Assembly: GCA_903884505.1 (NCBI GenBank)
Contig: CAISET010000030.1
Coordinates: 29,701-93,700 of the forward strand
Origin: an uncultured Candidatus Micrarchaeota archaeon
Lineage (GTDB): Archaea; Micrarchaeota; Micrarchaeia; Burarchaeales; Fermentimicrarchaeaceae
Direction: 5' to 3'
DNA: 64,000 bases
Part shown: positions 9,213 to 18,300 of the stretch, piece after piece
How the letters are laid out: each line of letters starts with the position of its first letter
Position numbering within the stretch: the stretch's first letter is position 1
The notes under the pieces: model-generated
Database searches by the model: none
Seen by the model: only the letters and a program-made list of their open reading frames with translations
Told to the model about the DNA's origin: nothing
Translations under genes and position numbers: made by a program

Positions 9213-9895
9213 AAGCGGTCGAAGTCATCCTTCCCAATCTTCTCGCAGGCATATTGGTAATGGATTGCCAGCAAATCTCCCGGCTTTACTTTGTCAACCA
9301 TCGAAATATTAACGTTTCTCAGGCCAAGCGGGGTGGAGACTAGCGCGTTGGAGCCGTCAATCTTCAGGGCCTTCGCCGGGAGGATGCGGCAGTTCGCCCT
9401 GTCCTCAACAACATCGTCGTGGTCGAACCAGAAATGCCGGCGGATTGAGGATTCATCCATGAGCGGAAGGCTGAGGCGCGAGGCAGTGATGCCGAGCCGC
9501 TCAACCGCTTTCTCAAAAAGGAGCGGTGATTCCCTGGGAACTCCGCCATTGAGGAGTGACTTGCGGACAGATGCGAGCTGCGCGGGTTTTATTCTTCCCT
9601 TCGCAACTAAAACTTCGCCGCAGGGATGCGCGTAGAGGAAGAAAAGGCGGAGCGGGGAGGCAGATGCCTTTTCGCCATTGCCTTCTTGCTTCAGCGCCGC
9701 CTTCCAAGCGGAAAGGGCCTCTTTCGCCTCCTTTACGCCAGCTTTGTCTACTACGAAGCCGCCCTGTACGTAGACATAATCGCCAGGCTTCAGCTTAATG
9801 CCGTCAGTTCTCGCAATTCTTTTCTCGCCGAAATAGTCTATGGTCGCAAGGTTTCCGCTGACTTTCTCCACTTTTCCCGGAATCGACTGGCACAC
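9194..9895 (-). CDS. Tandem HypC/HupF-like hydrogenase maturation chaperone (two HypC-like domains fused)
   Basis: N-terminal 'MCQSIPGKVEKV...PGDYVYVQGGFVV' (HypC signature with MC start). Second half 'CRILPAKALKIDG...VKPGDLLAIHYQYACEKI' repeats the fold. Confidence 0.55.
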   Translation of the reverse strand: MCQSIPGKVEKVSGNLATIDYFGEKRIARTDGIKLKPGDYVYVQGGFVVDKAGVKEAKEALSAWKAALKQEGNGEKASASPLRLFFLYAHPCGEVLVAKGRIKPAQLASVRKSLLNGGVPRESPLLFEKAVERLGITASRLSLPLMDESSIRRHFWFDHDDVVEDRANCRILPAKALKIDGSNALVSTPLGLRNVNISMVDKVKPGDLLAIHYQYACEKIGKDDFDRLWKVKK

Positions 9896-9940
9896 GGCAT
9901 TCCTTTCGGCAGCCGGCTATTAATTGGTTTGGGGGTAGAG

Positions 9941-10060
9941 GGAACCAGCGATGTTGCCGAGCAGGGCGAGGCAACAGGCAGTCGCCAACGAAGTTGGCGA
10001 TGCGCAACGTGAGTTGCGTAGTTGTCGCCGAAGGCGACTTGAAGCCATCGGTTGGTTCCT
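9941..10060 (+). repeat. Hairpin-module MITE-like element (copy C), with GAGGGAACCAGCGATG...CATCGGTTGGTTCCTC inverted termini
   Basis: ~100 bp near-identical to the reverse complement of 20975-21072. Contains the hairpins gtcgccaacgaagttggcgat, gcgcaacgtgagttgcg and tcgccgaaggcga. Confidence 0.75.
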
Positions 10061-10546
10061 CTAAATTCTGTCCCCGAAGAAGTCGATTAACAGGTGAAGG
10101 AGGTAGCCAAGGGCGGCGAAAACGCCCACGAGCAGCGAATCATCTACTGAGAGATTGAGAAGAAGAAGGAAGGCGAAAACCAAAATTCCCCAGAGGAAGG
10201 CCGCTGACCACGAATGCATGACGCCGCGGTGGCCCGGGATGGAGAGTTCGGCAAGGGCGAGCAGCAGGAAGGGAAGGAAGAGCGCAAGGAGCGGGGAGAT
10301 TGCCGAGAATGTGGAGTAGAAGAGGACTACAATCAGGATTCCGAGCAAAAACACGGCAAGCCGGAAAGCCCTCCTGGGTTTTGATTTCCTGCTGTCTATG
10401 TCAGGCAGGAGCGAGCTGATGATGAAGACGAGCGAGGCAACGGCAGCGGTGGGGACTGGAAAGCCATGCATCTCGGCGATGAACGCGGATATGAATACTG
10501 CGCCAAGTATTCCGCCGATGAAATGCTCCCGAAACCCGGTCTCCAC
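10061..10546 (-). CDS. Membrane-bound metal-dependent hydrolase-like protein (DUF457/YdjM family)
   Basis: 161 aa polytopic, with conserved His/Asp 'LLPDIDS' and 'HLLIDFFGD'. Confidence 0.5.
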   Translation of the reverse strand: METGFREHFIGGILGAVFISAFIAEMHGFPVPTAAVASLVFIISSLLPDIDSRKSKPRRAFRLAVFLLGILIVVLFYSTFSAISPLLALFLPFLLLALAELSIPGHRGVMHSWSAAFLWGILVFAFLLLLNLSVDDSLLVGVFAALGYLLHLLIDFFGDRI

Positions 10547-10575
10547 GAACTCTTGTCACGGTGTGTCTAAATAAG

Positions 10576-11568
10576 CTATTCCTTCGGGGTGAGGACCTTC
10601 CTGAGCCTTTCCCCAACGCTCTCAATCTGGTGCGTTGACTCGGCCTTTCTCATCGCATCGAATTTGCCCATTCCGCTTTCATATTCGCGTATCCATTCCC
10701 TAGTGAAAGTGCCGTCCTTCACCTCATCGAAAATTTCCTGCATCTTTTTCCGCGCCTTCTCATCAACAACGAGCTTCCCCCGGGTCATGGCGCCGTAGCC
10801 GGCTGTGCGCGAAACGCCGTAAATGGTCTTCTTCAGCCCGTCCCTCTCAATGAGGTCGAGCATGAGCCTCGAAACCCCGATGCATTCGAAATAGGCGATT
10901 TCCGGCGGGATGCCGTTCTTCACCATGGTCTCGAAGCCGGCCTTCAGGAGCGCAAGCTGGCCCCCGACCGTGACGCCCTGCTCGGCGAATAGGTTCGCGT
11001 AGGTCTCCTGGTCGAAGGTGCACTCGAAGACCGCCTTGCGCGTGAGCCTCATCGCCTTTGCGAGCGCGAGCGCAACCTGCCTCGCCTTGCCCGTGTAATC
11101 CTGGTGCACGGCCATAAGCCCGGGCACGCCCTCCTCGTGCAGGTAAGCCTCCCTGAGCCTGCTGCCCGTGGATTTTGGCGCGAGGAGCACCACATCGACG
11201 TTCTTCGGGGGCCTGATGAGCTTATAGGTTATGTTGAAGCCGTGCGAGAAGCAGAGAACCTTCCCCGGTCTGAGGTTCTTCGCGATGAATCGCTCATAAA
11301 CTTCGCGCTGCGCCATGTCAGGCACGAGCATGCAGACGATGTCCGCCTTCTCCGCTGCCTCGGCAATGCCCATCACGGCCATGCGGTCGTCCTCCGCGGC
11401 CTTGAGCGAGTTGCCTGGGCGCACCCCGACTATGACATTCAGCCCGGAGTCACGGAGGCACTTCGCCTGTGCGCTCCCCTGGTTGCCGTAGCCGATAATC
11501 CCTATCATCTTCCCTGAAATAGGCGCAGTCGAAATCCCCTCATCATGGTACATCCTGGTGTGCGGCAT
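10576..11568 (-). CDS. ilvC: Ketol-acid reductoisomerase, class I
   Basis: 'IGIIGYGNQG' Rossmann motif, 330 aa, strong family resemblance throughout. Confidence 0.9.
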   Translation of the reverse strand: MPHTRMYHDEGISTAPISGKMIGIIGYGNQGSAQAKCLRDSGLNVIVGVRPGNSLKAAEDDRMAVMGIAEAAEKADIVCMLVPDMAQREVYERFIAKNLRPGKVLCFSHGFNITYKLIRPPKNVDVVLLAPKSTGSRLREAYLHEEGVPGLMAVHQDYTGKARQVALALAKAMRLTRKAVFECTFDQETYANLFAEQGVTVGGQLALLKAGFETMVKNGIPPEIAYFECIGVSRLMLDLIERDGLKKTIYGVSRTAGYGAMTRGKLVVDEKARKKMQEIFDEVKDGTFTREWIREYESGMGKFDAMRKAESTHQIESVGERLRKVLTPKE

Positions 11569-11583
11569 CCTGCGGTCCCTCCG

Positions 11584-12774
11584 TTATCTGGCTGAGATTA
11601 GCCTCGCGCCCCGCACCGTGACGTTCGCGACGGACGCGACATCATCTCCGATGCTGGCGTTTAGGGGCAGGGCCCCGACTACCGTCATTCCAGGGGATGC
11701 TATGAACTCCTTCCCTCTTATCTCGACCAGCCTGCCGAGTTCCAGCGTGCCCACCCTCCTTACGGTTGCGTTTTCCCCAAGGATTCCGCTCACGGCGCTC
11801 TCGTTAATATCGGGTGAGTTGATGTTCGCGAGCAGCTGGCTTTCGGGGAATATTATGGAAGCGTTCGCGGCTATACCGGTTATGTCCGCCTCGGCCCTGC
11901 TCCTGTTCGCGAAGTCATCCTCGACGTAAAAAGTCTCGCCAATGGCAAAGGTGACATAGGTCAGGTTCTGAACCAGCGCTGCCTGCTCCGCGCTAAGGCC
12001 CGTGACCTGGATGTAGCTGTTGGCTCTGTATGATACGCTCGAATTGGGATACTTCGCCTTAAGGTTCGCCCCGAGCACCGTGGCGTTCACCGCCCTCGCC
12101 TCCCACGGATACGTCGCATTCACCCGCCAGCTATCGCTCAGCGCGGCCACTGTCGCGTTTATCGGGACAACCCCCGACTTCTCCGCAACCTGCACCTCGA
12201 ACCCGGATGCCGTGCCGTTCGCAACCATTGCGCCCACAAGCACGTCGAAGCTGGCATTGGTAGGCACGAGCGGCTCCATATAGATGAAAATCCTTGCGCT
12301 GGCCGGGGCGGTAACATTCCCGGCATCGGTCTGGAAAGTCAGGTTTCCTAGCGGCAGGGAAAGCTGCGCCTTTGATGAGAGCGAATAGCTCGGGAAAGCG
12401 AGCGCCAGGCCAGTCGCGATTTCACTGATGTTCGCGCCCTGCGCAAGGACCGCGCTCACGCTGTCCTGCCCCGAGGCATCGAAATATGAGACCTTGCCCT
12501 CCCGCTGCAGCGCGGAGAGGCTCGCCGAGAGGTTCGCATCAGCGCCAGCCCCGGTGCCGCTCACCGCTATCACGCCGTCGGGGTAGGAGACGACGGTCGC
12601 GTTCGCCGCAGCGGTCCCGAACAGCAGCCCTCCGGGCGTCGGGCTTTCCACGGGCGTGGGCCCTGTCCCGCCCTGATTCAGGTATCTCTGCGCCCCCGAG
12701 ATCTGGAACATCTCGAGCATGAATACTAAGACTATTACCGTAACTGCTATCTGTATTAAAACCTTTTTCTCCAT
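11584..12774 (-). CDS. N-terminally anchored secreted hypothetical protein
   Basis: 'MEKKVLIQIAVTVIVLVFMLEMF' TM/signal, then a Ser/Thr/Asn/Ala-rich extracellular region. The upstream part of the longer ORF lacks support. Confidence 0.5.
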   Translation of the reverse strand: MEKKVLIQIAVTVIVLVFMLEMFQISGAQRYLNQGGTGPTPVESPTPGGLLFGTAAANATVVSYPDGVIAVSGTGAGADANLSASLSALQREGKVSYFDASGQDSVSAVLAQGANISEIATGLALAFPSYSLSSKAQLSLPLGNLTFQTDAGNVTAPASARIFIYMEPLVPTNASFDVLVGAMVANGTASGFEVQVAEKSGVVPINATVAALSDSWRVNATYPWEARAVNATVLGANLKAKYPNSSVSYRANSYIQVTGLSAEQAALVQNLTYVTFAIGETFYVEDDFANRSRAEADITGIAANASIIFPESQLLANINSPDINESAVSGILGENATVRRVGTLELGRLVEIRGKEFIASPGMTVVGALPLNASIGDDVASVANVTVRGARLISAR

Positions 12775-12847
12775 AAAATACCCCGAGGAAGGTATTTTTG
12801 CCAGCGAAGGCTTATAATTAGAAATCCTTGTTTGGGGTTTTGGTGAT

Positions 12848-13531
12848 TTGATGGTGAATGAAAAAGTGGCTGCAGGGGACTTTGTGCGCATAGCATACAC
12901 TGCGCGGCAGGGAAGCACCGGCGCGGTCGTCGACACGACCGATGGGGCCGTGGCGAAGGAGGCGAAGATATACGATGAGAAGTACGCCTACGGCCCGGCG
13001 CTCGTGGTAGTGGGCAAGGGCATGGTCGTGAAGGGCCTGGACGAAGCGCTCGCGGGCATGGCTGTCGGCGAGGAGAAGAAGCTGGAGCTGCAGCCCGAGA
13101 ATGCATTCGGTCCCAGGAACCCGAAGCTCGTGCGCGTGCTTCCGCTTGCGGAGTTCAGGAAGCGCGACCTCAATCCGGCTCCGGGAATGGTCATGGAGCT
13201 CGACGGCAACCCCGCGCTAATACGCAGCGTGACCTCGGGCCGCGTGATGGTCGACATGAACCACAGCCTCGCGGGCGAGAAGATAAGCTATGATGTCAAG
13301 ATTGCTGAGAAGCTCTCCACAACCGACTCCAAGATAGCCGCGCTCCTCGAGAGCAACGGCCTGAAGGGCGCGGGCGTGAAGGTGACGGAGGGCGCGCTTG
13401 AGCTCTCGTTCCCCAATTCCATCGAGAAGGACGCAAGGTATTTCGTGGGCAAAACCGCGGCCGTGCGCGCGATAAAGGAGCTCATCCCGGAAGTGAAGAA
13501 GATCGAGGTGAAGGAGGAATACCTGGCCTGA
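12848..13531 (+). CDS. FKBP-type peptidyl-prolyl cis-trans isomerase (archaeal long type with IF/chaperone insert)
   Basis: 'FVRIAYTAR...GAVVDTT', 'LVVVGKGMVVKGLDEALAGMAVGEEKKLEL', 227 aa. A TATA-like 'gcttataatt' lies upstream. Confidence 0.8.
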   Translation: MMVNEKVAAGDFVRIAYTARQGSTGAVVDTTDGAVAKEAKIYDEKYAYGPALVVVGKGMVVKGLDEALAGMAVGEEKKLELQPENAFGPRNPKLVRVLPLAEFRKRDLNPAPGMVMELDGNPALIRSVTSGRVMVDMNHSLAGEKISYDVKIAEKLSTTDSKIAALLESNGLKGAGVKVTEGALELSFPNSIEKDARYFVGKTAAVRAIKELIPEVKKIEVKEEYLA

Positions 13532-13539
13532 GGCGCCGC

Positions 13540-14346
13540 ATGTGCAAGCTCTGCGAGTACGCAAGGACGAACGCGGCCTTCCGCAGTGACATGGCCAAGG
13601 GCGCGCTCGCGGACCTGGACCGTTTCTTCAAGACGAAGGCCCATGCGCCCGAGAGCACATCCCTCTTCTCGAACATGCCGGGCTGGGCCGCGCTGAAATC
13701 CGACTTCGCGCTCTTCGAGCCCCTTGCGGCATTTCCCAACCCCCAGTCTTACTACCAGCCCCTATATATAAACGGAGAGAAGCTGCGGAACGACTGGCAG
13801 AGCGGCTGGACCCGCAGCATCGGCTTCCTCCCGAACGGCAACCTCCTGCTCTTCGCGAAGGCTGTCGAGCGCGGGAGGTTCGCAGCCGCGCTGGAGACCT
13901 TCCAGCACCTCTTCATCGTCGAATTCAGGCCGGATGAGCTGCAGGTGGAATACTCGCCCCCGCAGTTCACCCTCCGCGCGGAAGAGGTCACGAAGGAGGG
14001 CACAACTCTCATTAGCGGTGCCAAGGTTTCGCACACATTTTCGTTCGCCTTCTCCCACCTCGCTGCGGAGAAGAGCGCTATGCGCGCAGATGCGATCAAG
14101 CAGAGCGCGTTCCTCCGCCAGGTCCTGCGCAGGGGGAAAACCGAGGAGGAGGCTGCGAAGGACAGGGGCATCACGGACGCCCCGAAGTCTGACTTCGAGA
14201 AGTTCATCATCACAACCCTCCATTATGCCCCCCACCCGCTCCTAATGAGGGGGTTCAAGGAGATGGGCTACGAGAATCGGTTCGCCCTGCAGATGGACGT
14301 GCCGAAATTCCTTGATGAGCACTTCAAGAGGCTGAAAGGGGCTTAG
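13540..14346 (+). CDS. Hypothetical protein
   Basis: 268-aa ORF with coding-like composition and no recognised motifs. Confidence 0.4.
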   Translation: MCKLCEYARTNAAFRSDMAKGALADLDRFFKTKAHAPESTSLFSNMPGWAALKSDFALFEPLAAFPNPQSYYQPLYINGEKLRNDWQSGWTRSIGFLPNGNLLLFAKAVERGRFAAALETFQHLFIVEFRPDELQVEYSPPQFTLRAEEVTKEGTTLISGAKVSHTFSFAFSHLAAEKSAMRADAIKQSAFLRQVLRRGKTEEEAAKDRGITDAPKSDFEKFIITTLHYAPHPLLMRGFKEMGYENRFALQMDVPKFLDEHFKRLKGA

Positions 14347-14362
14347 AGCTTCTTCTCAACCG

Positions 14363-14600
14363 AGAAACCCCCGATGCGCAGGTTTGAGTCGCCTTCGGCG
14401 ACAGCTGCGCAACTTCTGTTGCGCATCGCTCTTCGTTGCCAACGCGATTTGCGCTCGTTGCGCAACAAGCATCGCCCTTTGGGGCGATGATGCCCCCTTG
14501 TGCTTTCGCACAAGGAGGGATGCGTCGCTGTTCGCCCGCTGGCGAACATGCGAACGAACTCGCTCGCCGCGCATATCGTCGGTTTCTACGTTACTTCCGG
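14363..14600. mobile_element. Hairpin-module MITE-like element (copy D) flanked by an 18-bp direct repeat that duplicates the AMMECR1 gene 3' end
   Basis: Direct repeat TYAGAGYTTCTTCTCAAC at 14343-14360 and 14601-14618. Start of D matches the reverse complement of the 3' part of copy C (agtcgccttcggcgaca...gcgcaact...gttgcgcatcgc). Confidence 0.7.
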
Positions 14601-15200
14601 TCAGAGTTTCTTCTCAACTACTTTTCCGCCAGGCGTTTCCTCAGAGAAGATTTGCGCCTGGAATTTCAAAACCCTTACCCCTGGCTTCAGCCACGAATCC
14701 GGCGGAAGCCCTGCCTTCCAGCAGGCCTGGCAAAGGAATTCCTCGCTCCCCCATTTCTGCTCGACAGGCACCTGGGGGAGAAGCAATCCGGATTGCCGTC
14801 CTGCCTCAATAATCAGCCCGTCCCTGCCAACCTTCACCTGCTCAACGAGCTTCTTCCTGTCCTTCGCCTCAATAGGCTCGGGCACGGTCAGCACCGAGAC
14901 CTCAATCATGATGTTTTTCAATTCTTCCGCAGTCACTTCCGGGAACCTCGGGTCGCCTGTCGCAGCCTCAACCGCCATCTCAACAACCGATTCAGCGAGC
15001 GGCCCCTGCGGCCTGGGATAGCCTATGCAGCCCTTCAGCTCGCGCTCAGGGTAGCTTTCAAGAGTCACGAACACGCCCCTCGGTTCCATCAGGTGCTTCG
15101 GCGCGCCGCCGGGTGGCAGCCTGCTTCCGTTCTCAAGGTACGCGGCTATCGCCTTTCTCGCGAGCCGCACGAGGAATTCGCCGTCCGAAATCTTGAGCAT
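14601..15200 (-). CDS. AMMECR1-domain protein
   Basis: 'GCIGY', 'PRGVFVTL' and 'LLLPQVP' motifs, 199 aa, typical archaeal AMMECR1. Confidence 0.8.
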   Translation of the reverse strand: MLKISDGEFLVRLARKAIAAYLENGSRLPPGGAPKHLMEPRGVFVTLESYPERELKGCIGYPRPQGPLAESVVEMAVEAATGDPRFPEVTAEELKNIMIEVSVLTVPEPIEAKDRKKLVEQVKVGRDGLIIEAGRQSGLLLPQVPVEQKWGSEEFLCQACWKAGLPPDSWLKPGVRVLKFQAQIFSEETPGGKVVEKKL

Positions 15201-15388
15201 GCTTAGGATGAAGTGCAGCCTGCTAAATAAACATTAGCTCGCATTTTACTCAACTACAAGACAATAGATTTAAATATATTTCGGCACAAAACGATTCCGC
15301 TGGTTCTTCGTCTTTTGAGGTGGTTGCACCACCTCAGCTGTGCGGGAACTGTGAAAAGACTGGTTCTGTAAATTCTGAGGTGGTGTGG

Positions 15389-18300
15389 ATGTCGACTTCC
15401 GTGAACTCCGCGAAGTGGTTCCTGCTGGCAGCGCTGCTGCTGGCAGGCATGGCATGCGCAGCGGGCAATTCGGACATACCCGAAAGCTACAACAGGTTCT
15501 GGGAAGGCCCGAACACGGGATTATTTCCATGCATAACCAACCTCCCGCTTCTCAACCTCGAGAAAACCGATGTGATGGATGCGCCGGCAATTGCACGGCT
15601 TGAACTTCCAGCGGGCTTCTCGGCGGTGAGGGAAAAGATGCAGAACGCAAGCGAAAAAATCAAGGCGGCCAAGGAAGGCTCCGTGCGTTTTCTCGGCATA
15701 TCGTTCTTAATCTTCGAGGTCGGAGAGAAAGTCCGCCTTTATGCAGATGGAAATCCCTACCCGATGTTGGCGAGCACGACATTTTGCGGGATGTCGGAAG
15801 AATCAGCGGATATATGGATAATAACCGAACCAGCCATGTACTGGAAGTGCCATGAGCTTTGGCAGGCGAACGAACAGGCCTGCAAGGCAATGGGCGATTC
15901 CCTTGACGCGCTGCAGGCGGCGGCATACGCCTCAAACGATGCGCGGGATGCAGCCGCTTCGCACCTTGAAACCCTCGGGAGGATGGGCGCCGATTACGGG
16001 AACTACTCCGGCTCCGCGAGAGGCGTTTATTCCGATTCAAAGGAAGCCCTGGAGGCTGACCCAATCATCGCTTTTAACGGCTCGCGGGAGATAACGCTGA
16101 GATACGATGACCAGGCGCCTAGGTTCGCTGCCGCATACGTTTCCGCATACGATGTGAAGACGGCATTCGAGAACGGCTCTGCCCAGTTCGAACGGCCGGA
16201 TTCCTACGCCGCGGCGATAGACCTTATGGCGGGGAGGGACGAGAACCTGGTGACCGGCTGGGCCGCAGTCTACTGGAACATCGATTCCGCAATCTCCGGC
16301 ATGGAAAGCGAATGGAACGGCAGTGAACGGGCGGCGGATGCGGAATATAGCGACGCGGATTCGGCCGTGGCCGCACTGGAGGAAGACGGTTACTCCAAGA
16401 TTACCGCAGACCTCATCTCGAATTTCAGCGAGGCAGCCACGGGCCCAATCCACGGCTCATTCAACGCGGCGCCTCCTGATGAGCGGGTGGCGAACGCAAG
16501 GGCGATGCTGCAGGGCGCAAATGCGAACATAACGGAAGCGCGCCGCCTTTCAAATGCGGAGTACGAAGAGGATTACCTCGCGCGGGCGATTGAAACTAGC
16601 CAGCGGGCGCACAGCTCCATCACGTCCGCGAAAAGCATGGCTGAGGAGGCGAAGGCGGAGGTTGAGGAGATAATCTCGGCAGCAGACGGGCTCTATGGCC
16701 TGAAGAGCAGCGAGGTGAGGAGCGCAATCGATTCCTTCAGCACAGAAACTCCCGGAAGCGCGAGGCTGAAGGCGAATGCCGAAACGGACTACCGAGAAGC
16801 GGTTGGGCTCGCGGCTACAGCGAGAGCCGGAACTTCCGGAAAGCACCTTGCCGGCCTTGCAGCTGCGCTTGGGAAGCTCGAATCCGCAAAGCTCTGGCTC
16901 AGCGATGAGAACGTGAGCATCGCAATCAGAAGGGATGCGGCCCGCGATGAACTGGCGAGGCTGAATGCAACGCTGAACAAGGCGGAGCATGACGGGATTG
17001 GCGTCACCTCCGAGCGGGACTGGCTCAACAATGCCATGCAGGGGCGTGACTCCGGGACTGCAGAAGATATGGAAAACTTCAAGGAGAAGGCGGAGCTGGC
17101 TGAGGAGGAGGTTTATGCGAAGGCAGCTGCGCAGTTCGGCTATCTTGACTGGCAGGTCTCCGCGCTTGACTCGACAATCTCCGCAATCCGCAGCTACCGC
17201 TCCATCCTGGGGAGCGCTGCCGAGCTCGAGGCGAAGTTCCGCGAATTCGACGAGCTGAAGAGGAATTACGCGAGTGGGGGGACGCTGGTTCCCGAGAAGG
17301 CGCTTGGCCATTATCTAGAGATAGCGGACAAGCTTGATGCGATTTCGCAGGAAGTGGAAAGCAACAAGGCGAAGATGATCCAGGAAATGATGGAGAAGAG
17401 CGCCAGATATGATGTGGCCTGGGAGGGCGAGCCAATCCTCGATGAAGAGATGTCGGCGCTGGTCTCGGTAAGGCTCGCGAACGAGCTTCCGTTCGGCACA
17501 AACAGCTCGCTCAGCGTTTCCATTCCCGGAGATTTCCCATCGGGCCTTTCCGTGGTCTCAAAAGATGCGGCAATCTTCTCCGTTGATGCGACCGGCACGA
17601 AGATTACGGCCTACTTTACCTCGGTTTCCGCAGGCAGCGCATATTCCATTTCGCTGAAGGGAAGCGGCGCGGAGCCGGCACGCAGCGTCGGAAGGCAGCA
17701 GGGGAACATAACCTCCCTCCACGAGCAGGAGCTTGTTGGCAGCGAAACGCTGGAGTTCGAGGCCCTGCGGGACCTTGACCGCCTGGCAATTCCTATGGAA
17801 ATCCCGGAAGGCACGGGCAGGCTTTCCGCGGAGATGGAGAACGGCAGGGTTGCGGAAGTGGTGAATTCCGATGGAATGGCACTTGTCTCCGCCGAAAGGG
17901 TGCGCAAGGGAAGAGGTAGCGTCACACTGGCATACCACATCCCGAACCCCTACTTAGTAACCGAGGGCGATGCGGAAGTGCGGAAAATAGACAACCTGAC
18001 CGCACGCATCACCTACAATGTTACGGTATCTTCGCGCGCCATGGACCTTTCGGACGTTCCAGTCCTCATATTCGTCCAGAACGTGAGCGGCGAGGAAGGC
18101 GTTTCCGTCCGCGGGCTGGATGGCGCATCGCTGCGTAACTTCGAGCAGCAGCCTTCGCAGGGAGGCGTGTCAGTCTCCTGGAGCATCAGGAGTCTTGGCA
18201 AGGGGGAGAGCGCAACCTACGAAGTCTCTTACGCGATAAGCGACCCCGGCGAATATGCCGAGTGGTTTTATTCGCAGGATGCTTTGCTCATCAATTCGCT

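Noticed and set aside
14343-14549. 68-aa ORF ending GGFSVEKKL
   Set aside because: It is interpreted as the displaced original 3' end of the AMMECR1 gene plus read-through of element D, not an independent gene.
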